The notes under the pieces: generated by a model
The model's database searches: none
Seen by the model: the letters and a program-made list of their open reading frames with translations, nothing else
What the model was told of the DNA's origin: nothing
Source: a virus
Strand: one strand, 5' to 3'
IMG/VR virus record: IMGVR_UViG_3300032236_001180
Span: 32,001 to 96,000 of that record
DNA length: 64,000 bases
Translations under genes and position numbers: made by a program
In this document: piece after piece, positions 17,921 through 28,144 of the stretch
Layout: the number at the start of each line of letters is the position of its first letter
Numbering within the stretch: position 1 is the first letter of the stretch

Positions 17921-19775
17921 ATCCCCACTTAGTCCAGAAAAAATCATAGGAAATAGCAATCCAAAATCTTCCTTTGGGTTACTTTCTGGTAAGAACTTTT
18001 TGGGGTCTTCGGTTATTTCCAAATCTTCAAATAAAATTGTAGGATTTAATAGGGCAAAGGTATCTGCGAATAAAGGAGAAGTACAAAAAATAGTAAGTAA
18101 TTTAACTACAAATAATATTACTAATAGTTATAGTAATATTATAAAAAATGTTTTTGGAACTTTGCAAGCAAAACAAAATAAAGAAGAAGAAAATAAAGAA
18201 AAAAGATTTGGAATATTTGGTTTTTTTGATAGCATTAAAGATGCTTTTAATTTAATTCGTTTTGTTGGTTCAAGAAAAAATTTAGATAAAATTAAAGATA
18301 GTTTAGAAAATTTAAAAATTACTTTTTCTGAAACATTTGATACAGCAAAAATTCTTCGCAAAATTATTAAAAAAATATTTGAACAACTTTCGGGTTTATC
18401 CGGTGATGGGGGTGGAGGAAAAGGATTGTGGGGATTAATTGCGGCTGCAATCGCAAGTATAATTCGTAAATTATTTCGTGGAGTAGTCAAAACATTTTCT
18501 GATATTTTTGAAAGAATATCAAAAAATGAAAATACTATGCGAAATATTATTGATAAAGTATCGCAACCACCAACTATAGAGACGCCAGCATCACCATCAA
18601 TAGGAACTGCTGTCACAACAGCGGGGGAAGTAGCAGCAGGAGCTGGGTTGGCGGCATTTCCGGCAGCAGTAGGAACTGAAATCAAAGCATTACCAGAAGC
18701 AACAAAAGCATTACCAGAAGCAACAAAAGCATTACCAGCCGCAAAGGGAATTGGTAATGCTTTTTCAAGAATGCCAAAAATGGGTAAATTTGGACTTATT
18801 ACTGCGGGGTTGAGTTTGGCAACTCTTGGTGGATCGGCAATGATGAATAAAAGCGGTCTTTCCCAACCTGGAGATAAAGACGTTCAACCCGGAGATACTG
18901 TACCGGAAGTTCCTGGAAATGTTTTGGATAGATTCAATTCTATTTTAGATAGATTTGATAAAATACTTGATGGATTAAAAGGTGGTGGAAAAAATCCCAC
19001 TTCTACATCAAAAGGTGGGGGAAGCACATCATCTGCTGCTGGTGGTGGTAGTCCTATTGGTAGTAATCCTAGTGGTGGTGTTCCTGATGGAAAATTATTA
19101 GATCAAGCTAGTTCTGCTGTTAAAGATCCAAATGTTAAAGCATTTTTAGATACGATTGCAAATGTAGAATCTGGTGGATCATATAATGTAATTGTAGGCG
19201 GCAAAAAGTTTTCAGATTTATCTAAACATCCGGAAAGTTTTAATGCATCTGCCGGATCTGATGCTGCTGGGAGATATCAATTTATAAGCACAACATATAA
19301 TAGTATTGCTAAAAAATTAGGATTGAAAGACTTTAGTAAAGAAAGTCAAGATCTTGCAGCAGTTGAAGATTTGAGACAAAAGGGTGTATTAGATATGATA
19401 AAAACTGGAAAACCAGATCAAATACAAAAAGCTATTGATATACTTAAAACAAATGAATGGACTGGTTTACAAAGTTATAGTGGAGATCAGGGAGTAAAAT
19501 ATTTTTTAAAGAGAAAGGGGGGTTTGGCATCAACAGCACCATCACAAGAACAATTAAGATTGCCACCAGGTCAACAATCACCACAAGGAAAATCTTCACT
19601 TGTAGTATTACCTGCGGCACAACAACAAGCAACACCATCTGGTGGTGGAGGTCAAATAACTGCGCCACCATCACCAAAACAAAATGGACCAACTGCTCCA
19701 TTTTATCCATCATCAAACTATGATAATTTCTTAACATTATATTCAAGAATGGTTTATAACATTGTAGACGGATAA
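17913..19775 (+). CDS. tape-measure/hub-like protein with lambda-R-type lysozyme domain
   Basis: Position after g26-g51; long low-complexity helical protein; AFLDTIANVESGGSYN...SDAAGRYQF...FS.ESQD.AA...EWTGL near 19120-19520. Confidence 0.72.
   Translation: MVKSPLSPEKIIGNSNPKSSFGLLSGKNFLGSSVISKSSNKIVGFNRAKVSANKGEVQKIVSNLTTNNITNSYSNIIKNVFGTLQAKQNKEEENKEKRFGIFGFFDSIKDAFNLIRFVGSRKNLDKIKDSLENLKITFSETFDTAKILRKIIKKIFEQLSGLSGDGGGGKGLWGLIAAAIASIIRKLFRGVVKTFSDIFERISKNENTMRNIIDKVSQPPTIETPASPSIGTAVTTAGEVAAGAGLAAFPAAVGTEIKALPEATKALPEATKALPAAKGIGNAFSRMPKMGKFGLITAGLSLATLGGSAMMNKSGLSQPGDKDVQPGDTVPEVPGNVLDRFNSILDRFDKILDGLKGGGKNPTSTSKGGGSTSSAAGGGSPIGSNPSGGVPDGKLLDQASSAVKDPNVKAFLDTIANVESGGSYNVIVGGKKFSDLSKHPESFNASAGSDAAGRYQFISTTYNSIAKKLGLKDFSKESQDLAAVEDLRQKGVLDMIKTGKPDQIQKAIDILKTNEWTGLQSYSGDQGVKYFLKRKGGLASTAPSQEQLRLPPGQQSPQGKSSLVVLPAAQQQATPSGGGGQITAPPSPKQNGPTAPFYPSSNYDNFLTLYSRMVYNIVDG
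18684..18738 (+). repeat. 21-bp tandem repeat, about 2.6 copies (KALPEAT)
   Basis: AAAGCATTACCAGAAGCAACA exact twice plus a partial third copy. Confidence 0.9.
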
Positions 19776-21952
19776 TGAAAAGTTTTTTGTCCTCTCCTAT
19801 TGCTACTTCCGTAAGCAATATTGCTTCTGTAAATATTCATAAGCATAGTAGTTTTAAGACCAAAAAGGATTATAGTGATTTTATTAGTTGGTTGGATACA
19901 AGCAATAACGATATCAAAAAAATAAAACTACCAAGTAAAAAGAAACTTAAAGATTTAGAAGATCTTGATTTTTCCTCTATGCTTGGTGGTGGAAATCCAC
20001 TTGCCGCATTATTGGGTGAAATTCTTGGTGGTTTAGCTGCTTCATTGGGCATTCCTTCCTTTAATGCTTTACCAACTTTTGGAAAAACAACAATAACTCC
20101 ATCAACAACTCCAAAAGCACCTGTAGAAATAGGCACAGGTGTTGGTGGAATTCCGCCAATATCAAAAGTCAATCCAAAGGATCTTACAATAAAAAAAGTA
20201 AATGTAAAAGTCGTAAATGGGACGAAACTTCTTCCACCAAAACCAAATCTTTTACCAGAATCAAAAATAAAAGGTTTATTACCTTCTAGTGAATCTAAAG
20301 CACAAATAAAACTTTTGCCAGAAAAACCAAAAATATCTCAACCAGGAAAAGGTGTTGGTTCTTCGCATCCTGATATTGCAGGTCAAGAAGATTTTGGAAA
20401 AAGAGCAGATAAAATATTAGAAGAAAGGAGAGCGGCAAGATCAGCAAAAGATGCCACAAAAGTAGCAACAAAAAATATTGGAAAAGAAGCAGAAAAAAAA
20501 GCTGCCAAATTTGCTGGAAAAAATGCTTTTGGTAGGTTTCTTAAAATAGCTGCGCCAGGAGCAGGATCTGTATTTGGTGCTATGGATGCAAAAGATAGGG
20601 CAGAAAAAGGAGATAAAATTGGTTCTTGGATTTCTGGTGCTTCTTCTGCTTTGAGTGGATTTGCTGCTGCGGCTCAAATACCTGCTGCCGCTGGACTTGC
20701 AATTCCTGGTCTTGGATGGGCAGAAACTGCCGCAACAGAACTTGTTGCTGGTAGTGCGGAAATATTATCACTTGGTTTGGATGCTGTGAATTTAGTGAGA
20801 GATCTTACTGGAAATAGTGATGTAAAGAAAAAAGAAGAAACTTCTAAAAATAAAATAGATATAAGACTAAAAGAACAAGAAAAGAAACAAAGAGAAGCAG
20901 CATCTACAAGTAAGGTAACTTTTGTGAGTATTACCGATAAATTTGATAAAGTTGTAAGTAAGTTTGGAAAAATTGCTGGTGGTATGGGATATGGCACCCG
21001 ATCTGGACAAGAAGATAAAATGACGCCAGAAGAAAAAGAAAAAGCAGCACACGAAGCACCAGAAGAAACTCCAACACCATCCACATCATTAAAGGGATCG
21101 CCAGGACACGAATTTGAACCCAAAATGAAACAATATATTACTGGTGATCCAAGTGATAGAGATTATATGGCCGATCACGGAACTGAAACTAACTATCACG
21201 ACCATCTTGCATTCAAAGATAGAGATACGGCAGTAAAAGCTTTTAATTTTTTCAAATCTAAAGGAATTAAAGTAACCGAATTTAAAGGATATACGCCAGT
21301 TGGGGACCACAAAGGGCCAGATCATTATTCTGGTTTAGCATTTGATATTCCTGGATATCAATGGGGAGGACACGGAAAAATTGGACCAACTGAATATCAA
21401 GGATCTGCAAAAGTTAGATCCGGATTGAATGAATTTTTTAATATTAAACCATCAGGAAAAAATGATGGTTCAATCGGAGATATGCCAAGTACAAATCAAC
21501 AATCAATTGAAGATTATGCGAAACAAACTATGGGAAAAGGTGCGGACAGAATACTAAAAGATCCTAAATTAAAAGCACAACTTTTGGGAGAAAAAAATCA
21601 GTTCAAAAATGCAATGGCAACAACACCAGTTACTGATCCAGAAGTCAAACAACTACAAAAAAATTATAATGTTTATGTTAAAGGTCTTAGGGAAAGAAGA
21701 CAATCCCAAATAGCACCAGGACAAACACCACAAGTTCCGGAAGCAATTGCAACTCCATTACAAGAGCAGACAGGCACAACAATGATTATACAACAACCAT
21801 CATCAGCACCAGCAGGACAATCATCTATGGTTCCAATTCCTATCCCAATGGGAGGTGATGGCGGTGGAGTTGCTGTGGCATCAATTCCGGAAGGACAGAT
21901 ATTAAATAGTCTATGGAAGACTATGCTTCTTACTAATCTCTCTTCAGCATAA
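19775..21952 (+). CDS. second tape-measure/hub-like protein with a His-rich peptidase-like domain
   Basis: Ala/Gly-rich helical region; YHDHLAF and DHKGPDHYSGLAFDIPG motifs; PIPIP tail. Confidence 0.62.
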   Translation: MKSFLSSPIATSVSNIASVNIHKHSSFKTKKDYSDFISWLDTSNNDIKKIKLPSKKKLKDLEDLDFSSMLGGGNPLAALLGEILGGLAASLGIPSFNALPTFGKTTITPSTTPKAPVEIGTGVGGIPPISKVNPKDLTIKKVNVKVVNGTKLLPPKPNLLPESKIKGLLPSSESKAQIKLLPEKPKISQPGKGVGSSHPDIAGQEDFGKRADKILEERRAARSAKDATKVATKNIGKEAEKKAAKFAGKNAFGRFLKIAAPGAGSVFGAMDAKDRAEKGDKIGSWISGASSALSGFAAAAQIPAAAGLAIPGLGWAETAATELVAGSAEILSLGLDAVNLVRDLTGNSDVKKKEETSKNKIDIRLKEQEKKQREAASTSKVTFVSITDKFDKVVSKFGKIAGGMGYGTRSGQEDKMTPEEKEKAAHEAPEETPTPSTSLKGSPGHEFEPKMKQYITGDPSDRDYMADHGTETNYHDHLAFKDRDTAVKAFNFFKSKGIKVTEFKGYTPVGDHKGPDHYSGLAFDIPGYQWGGHGKIGPTEYQGSAKVRSGLNEFFNIKPSGKNDGSIGDMPSTNQQSIEDYAKQTMGKGADRILKDPKLKAQLLGEKNQFKNAMATTPVTDPEVKQLQKNYNVYVKGLRERRQSQIAPGQTPQVPEAIATPLQEQTGTTMIIQQPSSAPAGQSSMVPIPIPMGGDGGGVAVASIPEGQILNSLWKTMLLTNLSSA

Positions 21953-23268
21953 TGACAAACGCAGTATCAGGTTTAAGATATCAATATGTAACGATTGCAT
22001 CATTAGATGGTTCTAAGAAAATTGACTTAACAAATTCAATTCTTGAAATGAATTATTATGAAGATATTTTATCACCTTGCATAACAATGACAATTGTTTT
22101 AGACAATGTTAATTCAATTTTCAATGGTCTTCCTATTCGTGGCGGCGAAAGTGTTGCTATGGAAATTGAAACTGCATCTAAAAATTTTAAGTTAGATGGA
22201 ACACGAGCAATGTTTGTATATAAAGTGAGCGGATTAAGTGCGGAGAAAAAAAGCGAAAGTTTTACTTTACATCTTGTTTCCAAAGAAGGACTACAAAATG
22301 AAGCAGTTAGATGTCAAAAAAAATATGAAAAATCAACAATAGATCATCACATAAAAGATATTTTAAAAAATACTTTACGGACAGATAAAATAGGAACAAT
22401 AGAACCTTCATCAAATTCATATACTTTTATTGGAAATAACAAAAAACCATTTCACATTTTGACTTGGTTGGGACCAAAAGCAGTTTCGCAAATTACAAAA
22501 GTATCTAATGTTTCTGGAAATGGACAGAGTGGACAAGCAAAAGGAACTTCTGGATTTTTATTTTATGAAAATTATGATGGATTTAATTTCCGTAGTATTG
22601 ATAGTTTGGTATCAAATACACAATTGGGAACTGGAAATAAAAAAGCAAAATATACCTATATTTGGCCTCAAGGTATAATTGAACACAATAATCCAAATAA
22701 TAACTTTAAGATGATAAATTATAATTATGAAAAAAATATTGATTTGATGAAGTCCCTGAGAGTTGGAATGTATGTAAATAAAACTTATTTTTATGACGTT
22801 TATAATCAGGAAGTTAATATTTACAAATATTCTTTGAAAAGTGAAATTAAAAATGCGACACAATTGGGTGGGGCCGAAAGTATTGCTGTTTCGGATCAAT
22901 TTGGTGATTCTATTTCTAGAATTTTAACAAGAACATCCGATCACGGATATTTGGATAAAAGTGGAAAGTTTGAAGAGTCAGGAAGAGATAGTGCAGATAT
23001 TGCTAAATCTTCATCAAGATATAATTTATTATTCACCCAAGCAGTGAACATAAATATACCTATGAATTTAAATCTTAAAGTTGGAGATATAATTGAAGCA
23101 ATCTTCCCAAGAATGGAAGCAGCAAATAGCGGAGAAGCAGATCCAGAACAAAGTGGAAATTATTTAATTAAAGAACTTTGTCATCACTTTGATCCTCGTG
23201 GTGGTCATATGCTTACGAGTGCAAAATTAATTCGTGATAGCTATGGTCTCTATGGTCCAAACCAATAA
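21952..23268 (+). CDS. baseplate hub/tail protein (gp27-like position)
   Basis: YYEDILSP, LPIRGGE, FIGNNKKPF, GFLFYENYDGFNFRSID, NLKVGDII, SGNYLIKELCHHF, LIRDS. Confidence 0.72.
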   Translation: MTNAVSGLRYQYVTIASLDGSKKIDLTNSILEMNYYEDILSPCITMTIVLDNVNSIFNGLPIRGGESVAMEIETASKNFKLDGTRAMFVYKVSGLSAEKKSESFTLHLVSKEGLQNEAVRCQKKYEKSTIDHHIKDILKNTLRTDKIGTIEPSSNSYTFIGNNKKPFHILTWLGPKAVSQITKVSNVSGNGQSGQAKGTSGFLFYENYDGFNFRSIDSLVSNTQLGTGNKKAKYTYIWPQGIIEHNNPNNNFKMINYNYEKNIDLMKSLRVGMYVNKTYFYDVYNQEVNIYKYSLKSEIKNATQLGGAESIAVSDQFGDSISRILTRTSDHGYLDKSGKFEESGRDSADIAKSSSRYNLLFTQAVNINIPMNLNLKVGDIIEAIFPRMEAANSGEADPEQSGNYLIKELCHHFDPRGGHMLTSAKLIRDSYGLYGPNQ

Positions 23269-23276
23269 ATACTAAA

Positions 23277-23486
23277 ATGGAACTACAAGAACTTATTATC
23301 AAAATATGTGAAGAATTGGAAACTTCCTCACTTAACGTACAAAGAAAAAGATATCTTCAAGGATACCTAGAAGAACTTTTTGCTTATAAAAGAAATCATC
23401 CAACAGAAATAGAAGTTCCAAATTCATTACAATTATTTTGTAATTTAAATCCAGAAGCACCTGAATGTAGAAAATACGAATTATGA
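23277..23486 (+). CDS. cp12: CP12-like Calvin-cycle regulatory protein
   Basis: C-terminal LQLFCNLNPEAPECRKYE matches the CP12 C..NP...EC..Y motif; 69 aa; located between the hub gene and g5. Confidence 0.75.
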   Translation: MELQELIIKICEELETSSLNVQRKRYLQGYLEELFAYKRNHPTEIEVPNSLQLFCNLNPEAPECRKYEL

Positions 23487-25699
23487 TTGAAGAAAGTTTA
23501 TTGAAATCCGGAATTCTTGGCAAGGATGGATTTGTTTGGTGGATTGGCAGAGTTGCTGATGCAAAAGTTTGGAAAGATGTAAATTTAGAAAATTCTTTTA
23601 ATGGAGATCCAGGATTTAGATGTAAAGTAAGAATTATTGGGTATCATCCATTTGACAATACCATTAAAGAAGAAGATTTGCCCTGGGCAGTTTGCTTGAT
23701 GGATGCAACTGGCGGAAATGGTATGAGTGGTCAAAGTAAGACCTTACAGCTAGAAGGTGGAGAAACTTGTGTTGGTTTCTTTATGGATGGTGAAGATGGT
23801 CAACAGCCAGTAATTATTGGATTGCTTCATCGTCACGCAAATGTAAAATCAAGTATAGATCAAAAAACAATTGATGCAGAGCAAAGTTCTCAATTTAAAA
23901 ATCCACCTCTTTATATTCATAATAATGCACCTGCGACAAATCTTTCAAAAGTAAATACTGATCCAATTTCGCCAGCAACAGCATCTACGGGAATTGGTGC
24001 AACAATAGACCAAAAGATTCCATCTGCTTATATTCCTGGTGCAGTATGTTTAGCACAATGGCAGGTAGAAAAAAAAGGGACAAACATTTCTAGAATACCA
24101 AGCAATTGTGGAAATGATTTAATTGGTAGAATTACGGGAATATTACAAGATTTTATTGCAGGAATTAGTATTTTAGAAAATTCTTTTAATCAATTTGTTG
24201 ATCCAGTTTTAAATAAAATTGTAGATGTAGCATCAAAAGTCAAAAATATTGCAAGTCAAATTGGTGGAATTGTAAAATTAATTATCAATAATATAAGAAG
24301 TGGAATATTTAAGTGTATTGCGAGTTTATTTAAGAAGTTCCTAGCACTTTTGCATAAAACAGATCCAACATCCCCAGTTACATCACAAGTTACGAAGAAA
24401 GCAACAAAAACAATTTTAGATAAATTGTTTTGTATTTTTGAAAATTTAATTGATGAGATTATTGATTTTATTGTAAAAATGCTTACAAATATGATTGGAA
24501 ATATTATCAATCCTAGTCTTTGTGCGGTAGAGCAATTTACTTCGGGCATTCTTGCTAAATTGATGAATATGATTGAACAAGCAATACAACCAATTTTATC
24601 TGGAATTAGTTGGCTAACTGGTGGGATTGGAAGTATTACTGGTATTTTGAGTCAAGCAAGTACAATTGCTACACAAATTTACAACTTTATTGGTGATTGT
24701 GGTGGATTAAAATGCACTCAACCAAGTGAATGGGTTTCTTCTATGGCGGTTGCACTACAAAAATCAAGTGATAATTGGGATAAACAACTTAAAAATATTG
24801 ATATTCTTGGTGGAATAAGTAAGGATTTAACAAAAATTTCCAACGCTATTGGTGGTGATACTAAAATAGGGGGTTCCGTAAATGGTTCGCAATTGACTGG
24901 AATATTACAAACTGCAAATGCTTTGGGTGGTGGTTTAAACTCAATTGAAGGCGCAATTGCTACTTTGGGTCTATTTGGTAATACGAATAATGCTTTTGGT
25001 CCTTGTGATCAATCTACTTTAAATCCACAAACGCAATATGATTTGGGTCCAGTGCCATTGGGATATAGATACGAATATTGCATTCCACCAATTGCAGAAG
25101 TATATGGAAGTGGCATTGGTGCAAATCTCGTTCCTATTGTTGTAAATGGTTCAATCTTCTCAATAGAAGTTATTAATGGTGGTACTGGTTACACATCTCC
25201 ACTTCCAATCGCAATTGTAGATAATACTGGATATGGATCTGGCGCACAAGCACAAGCAATTGTAGAAAATGGTGTGATTACAGGAGCAGTTGTAATTTAT
25301 AGTGGTTCTGGTTATTGTGGTGGAAATTATAATAATATTGGAATTGGAACAACTCAACAATCCACAATTGGGGTTTCAACTTCGTTGGTTGGTGTTGTGA
25401 CTTCAATTTATATTGCAAATCCTGGATTGGGTTATACGTCAGGTGATACTATTAGTATTGGAACTACATCAATCACACCATTAATAACGCCAAATGGTTC
25501 AATTATTCAAGTTAATGTTCCAACAAATTATAATCAAACATTTGGAAGCATTCCTACAATTACAATAAATACATCAACAGGTATTGGTGCAAAAGTCATT
25601 CCAGTAATGAAGTTTACGCCACAAGGAACAACTGTAAATGAAAATTTAAAGATAGATGCAAAACAAAGTCAAGTCATTAATGTGGTGGATTGTATATGA
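23483..25699 (+). CDS. g5: baseplate hub/spike gp5 (N-terminal OB fold, no lysozyme domain seen)
   Basis: GKDGFVWWIGRV, RCKVRIIGYH, DLPWA, GFFMDGEDGQQPVIIG. Confidence 0.85.
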   Translation: MIEESLLKSGILGKDGFVWWIGRVADAKVWKDVNLENSFNGDPGFRCKVRIIGYHPFDNTIKEEDLPWAVCLMDATGGNGMSGQSKTLQLEGGETCVGFFMDGEDGQQPVIIGLLHRHANVKSSIDQKTIDAEQSSQFKNPPLYIHNNAPATNLSKVNTDPISPATASTGIGATIDQKIPSAYIPGAVCLAQWQVEKKGTNISRIPSNCGNDLIGRITGILQDFIAGISILENSFNQFVDPVLNKIVDVASKVKNIASQIGGIVKLIINNIRSGIFKCIASLFKKFLALLHKTDPTSPVTSQVTKKATKTILDKLFCIFENLIDEIIDFIVKMLTNMIGNIINPSLCAVEQFTSGILAKLMNMIEQAIQPILSGISWLTGGIGSITGILSQASTIATQIYNFIGDCGGLKCTQPSEWVSSMAVALQKSSDNWDKQLKNIDILGGISKDLTKISNAIGGDTKIGGSVNGSQLTGILQTANALGGGLNSIEGAIATLGLFGNTNNAFGPCDQSTLNPQTQYDLGPVPLGYRYEYCIPPIAEVYGSGIGANLVPIVVNGSIFSIEVINGGTGYTSPLPIAIVDNTGYGSGAQAQAIVENGVITGAVVIYSGSGYCGGNYNNIGIGTTQQSTIGVSTSLVGVVTSIYIANPGLGYTSGDTISIGTTSITPLITPNGSIIQVNVPTNYNQTFGSIPTITINTSTGIGAKVIPVMKFTPQGTTVNENLKIDAKQSQVINVVDCI

Positions 25700-26286
25700 G
25701 TAATTTCACAAAAGAACAATTAGAAGAACTTAAAGATTATTTTCGTCAATATCTTGGCGGAGTAGAAATTACTGCAAACACAAAAAGTGTTGGTCACGAA
25801 AAACTTGAATATGGTATTCATACACCAACCGGGCAAGGTATTCAAATTTATGAAAAAGGACATATAAAATTAGTTGCTAACACCTCAATTGAGTTGACAT
25901 CTGCGGTTGATGCAGATGAAAAATCTGGACATTTTTATATTAAAAATTTAAATGGTACTATTCACATAGAAGCACCTAATGGTGATCTAGTTTTAGAAGG
26001 AAAAAACGTTCAAATTAATGCGACTGATGCAAAAGGTGCAGTAACAATTAAATCTCCACATATTATTGAAACCAATGCCCCGCAGAATACTGTTAAAGGT
26101 TCAAATGTAAATCTTACAGCAGATCAAAGTTTATATTGTTTGGCAAGTTATACAACAGTTCACGGTGAAAATAGTGCCGCAATAGTAGAAGGTCACGAAG
26201 CAATTTTAAATGGTAGTTTGATTTCAAGAATTATAAACGGCATTGAAGAAGTCAAAAAATTCTTCAAGTCTACTTGTGGAGGATAA
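25696..26286 (+). CDS. baseplate spike-associated protein (gp5 C-terminal beta-helix-like)
   Basis: Beta-strand repeats (GTIHIEAPNGDLVLEGKNVQINA); overlaps the g5 stop. Confidence 0.55.
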   Translation: MSNFTKEQLEELKDYFRQYLGGVEITANTKSVGHEKLEYGIHTPTGQGIQIYEKGHIKLVANTSIELTSAVDADEKSGHFYIKNLNGTIHIEAPNGDLVLEGKNVQINATDAKGAVTIKSPHIIETNAPQNTVKGSNVNLTADQSLYCLASYTTVHGENSAAIVEGHEAILNGSLISRIINGIEEVKKFFKSTCGG

Positions 26287-26288
26287 TA

Positions 26289-27104
26289 ATGGCTCAAATA
26301 CCTTTAATGCAAGCATCAAAAGTCGTAATTGGAGATTTTGATACTTCTGTATCATCTCTTGGTGAAATATTAGGTCTAAAATCTGGAACACTTGTAAATT
26401 GTGGTGTTTCATATTTTGGGGCATCATTTCCAACTGGAATTGATTTAGGAACAGTTACAATCGGACCTCCGGTTGCAATTCCTGGTGTTGGATCTATTCC
26501 AAATTCACTAAATGTTCTTGGAATTACCAATAATGTTGGAGAAACAAATCATATAGGAGATACAAATACTTTTGGTATCTCTAAAAAACTTGGACTTTCT
26601 TTAAAATTAGCATCAGATATATCTGCTGGTCTTAAAGTCAATGAAGGATTTCATATCACCACTGACAATAAAACCATTACTGGCAATTTGAATGTTACTG
26701 ACCTTATTTGGTGTGATTCCATTTATTCAAATTTTGGTAATTTTGCCAATGTTGCTGCACCATTTAAGCAATTCAATATTCCGCATCCAAATAAAAAAAA
26801 TTATAGATTAGTACACGCTTGTTTGGAAGGACCAGAAATTGGTGTATATTATCGCGGAAGACTCGAAAGGGAAAATACAATTAAACTTCCGGAATATTGG
26901 AATGGATTAGTTCATCCAGGAAGTATTACAGTTAATCTCACTCCACATAAAGTGTACCAAGAACTTTTTGTGAAAAGTATGGATATTTCTAAGATTATTG
27001 TTATGAATAATTCTGGTGGTCCAATTGATTGTAGTTATACTGTCTATGCAGAAAGACTTGATGTTGATAAATTAATTGTAGAACAGAAAGAGGTTGAGAA
27101 ATAA
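26289..27104 (+). CDS. structural protein with C-terminal chaperone-like domain
   Basis: KQFNIPHP.K...LVHACLEGPE.GVYYRG...LPEYW..LV...ITV.LTP...AER.D, a recurrent fibre-terminal domain. Confidence 0.65.
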   Translation: MAQIPLMQASKVVIGDFDTSVSSLGEILGLKSGTLVNCGVSYFGASFPTGIDLGTVTIGPPVAIPGVGSIPNSLNVLGITNNVGETNHIGDTNTFGISKKLGLSLKLASDISAGLKVNEGFHITTDNKTITGNLNVTDLIWCDSIYSNFGNFANVAAPFKQFNIPHPNKKNYRLVHACLEGPEIGVYYRGRLERENTIKLPEYWNGLVHPGSITVNLTPHKVYQELFVKSMDISKIIVMNNSGGPIDCSYTVYAERLDVDKLIVEQKEVEK

Positions 27105-28144
27105 TGTCCAAACAAAATATTATCAATGAATATAATTCAAAAATAGTATCATTAAATAAACAAATTGCTTCTATTGAAGAATTAAAACTTCCATTGCAAG
27201 CATCTATTGATGAACTCAAATCACCAACCGCACAAGTAGATGAGCAGATAGCACAATTAACTGTGGATTTGAATAATCAAATATATAATCTTTCTATTAT
27301 TTCAAATGCAGCATTTGCTTGTGGATGTGGAACAACAGCCGTAGTTATTGTTCCTGTTGCTCCTCCTGGAACTGGAACTACATCGGTAACTGTTGTTGCT
27401 GGTAATACTTATTATTATGAAAATGCAAAGGCACATCGCATTAATGCCGAAAATCTCAATTATTATGGAACAGCACCGAATAAGCCTTTAGAAGGAACCG
27501 ATGGTTCCACATCATTTAATAGTGGATACGCAAATAATACTGTGATTGTTGGATCATCTTCAAATTCTATTTTAGAATTAATTGTAAACAATCCAGGTTC
27601 TGGTTTCATTTCTTCTACTTATTATAGCCAACCATTAGTTGGTGGTACTGGAAATTCAGCAAAAGCAGATATTACTATTTCTCCTACTGGTAATGTAACA
27701 GATATAATTGTAAATAATGGTGGTACTGGATATTCTGTGAATGATGTTCTTACTGTTGCAGCATTTCCGGGTGCTTCATTTACAGTTACAGATATAGGAT
27801 CTCCAATTTTAGGAATTGGCATAGATACTTATATTGTAGCAAGTTCTGGAATTGGAAGTGTTTTTATACCAACTATACTTTCTTCTGGCATAAGTAGATG
27901 TACTACATCTTGTGTAGATTATAATTCTCAAGTGAATGTAGTTTTGTCTAATATTGCAGCAATAAGAACTTACAGGGACACTTTATTGTCTGGTGTAAAT
28001 TCAATGAAAGTTGAAATGACGAAGTTATATAAACAAAGATATGGATATATTTTTGGTGAAGGTACAATCAATGACAGAAAAACCCAGATTAATAATATCA
28101 TAAATGTTTTAAATAATTCAACATACAATCAATACTTCTCATGA
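27104..28144 (+). CDS. virion structural protein
   Basis: Coiled-coil ends with NPGSGF/NGGTGY Gly-Tyr motifs as in neighbouring baseplate proteins. Confidence 0.6.
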   Translation: MSKQNIINEYNSKIVSLNKQIASIEELKLPLQASIDELKSPTAQVDEQIAQLTVDLNNQIYNLSIISNAAFACGCGTTAVVIVPVAPPGTGTTSVTVVAGNTYYYENAKAHRINAENLNYYGTAPNKPLEGTDGSTSFNSGYANNTVIVGSSSNSILELIVNNPGSGFISSTYYSQPLVGGTGNSAKADITISPTGNVTDIIVNNGGTGYSVNDVLTVAAFPGASFTVTDIGSPILGIGIDTYIVASSGIGSVFIPTILSSGISRCTTSCVDYNSQVNVVLSNIAAIRTYRDTLLSGVNSMKVEMTKLYKQRYGYIFGEGTINDRKTQINNIINVLNNSTYNQYFS

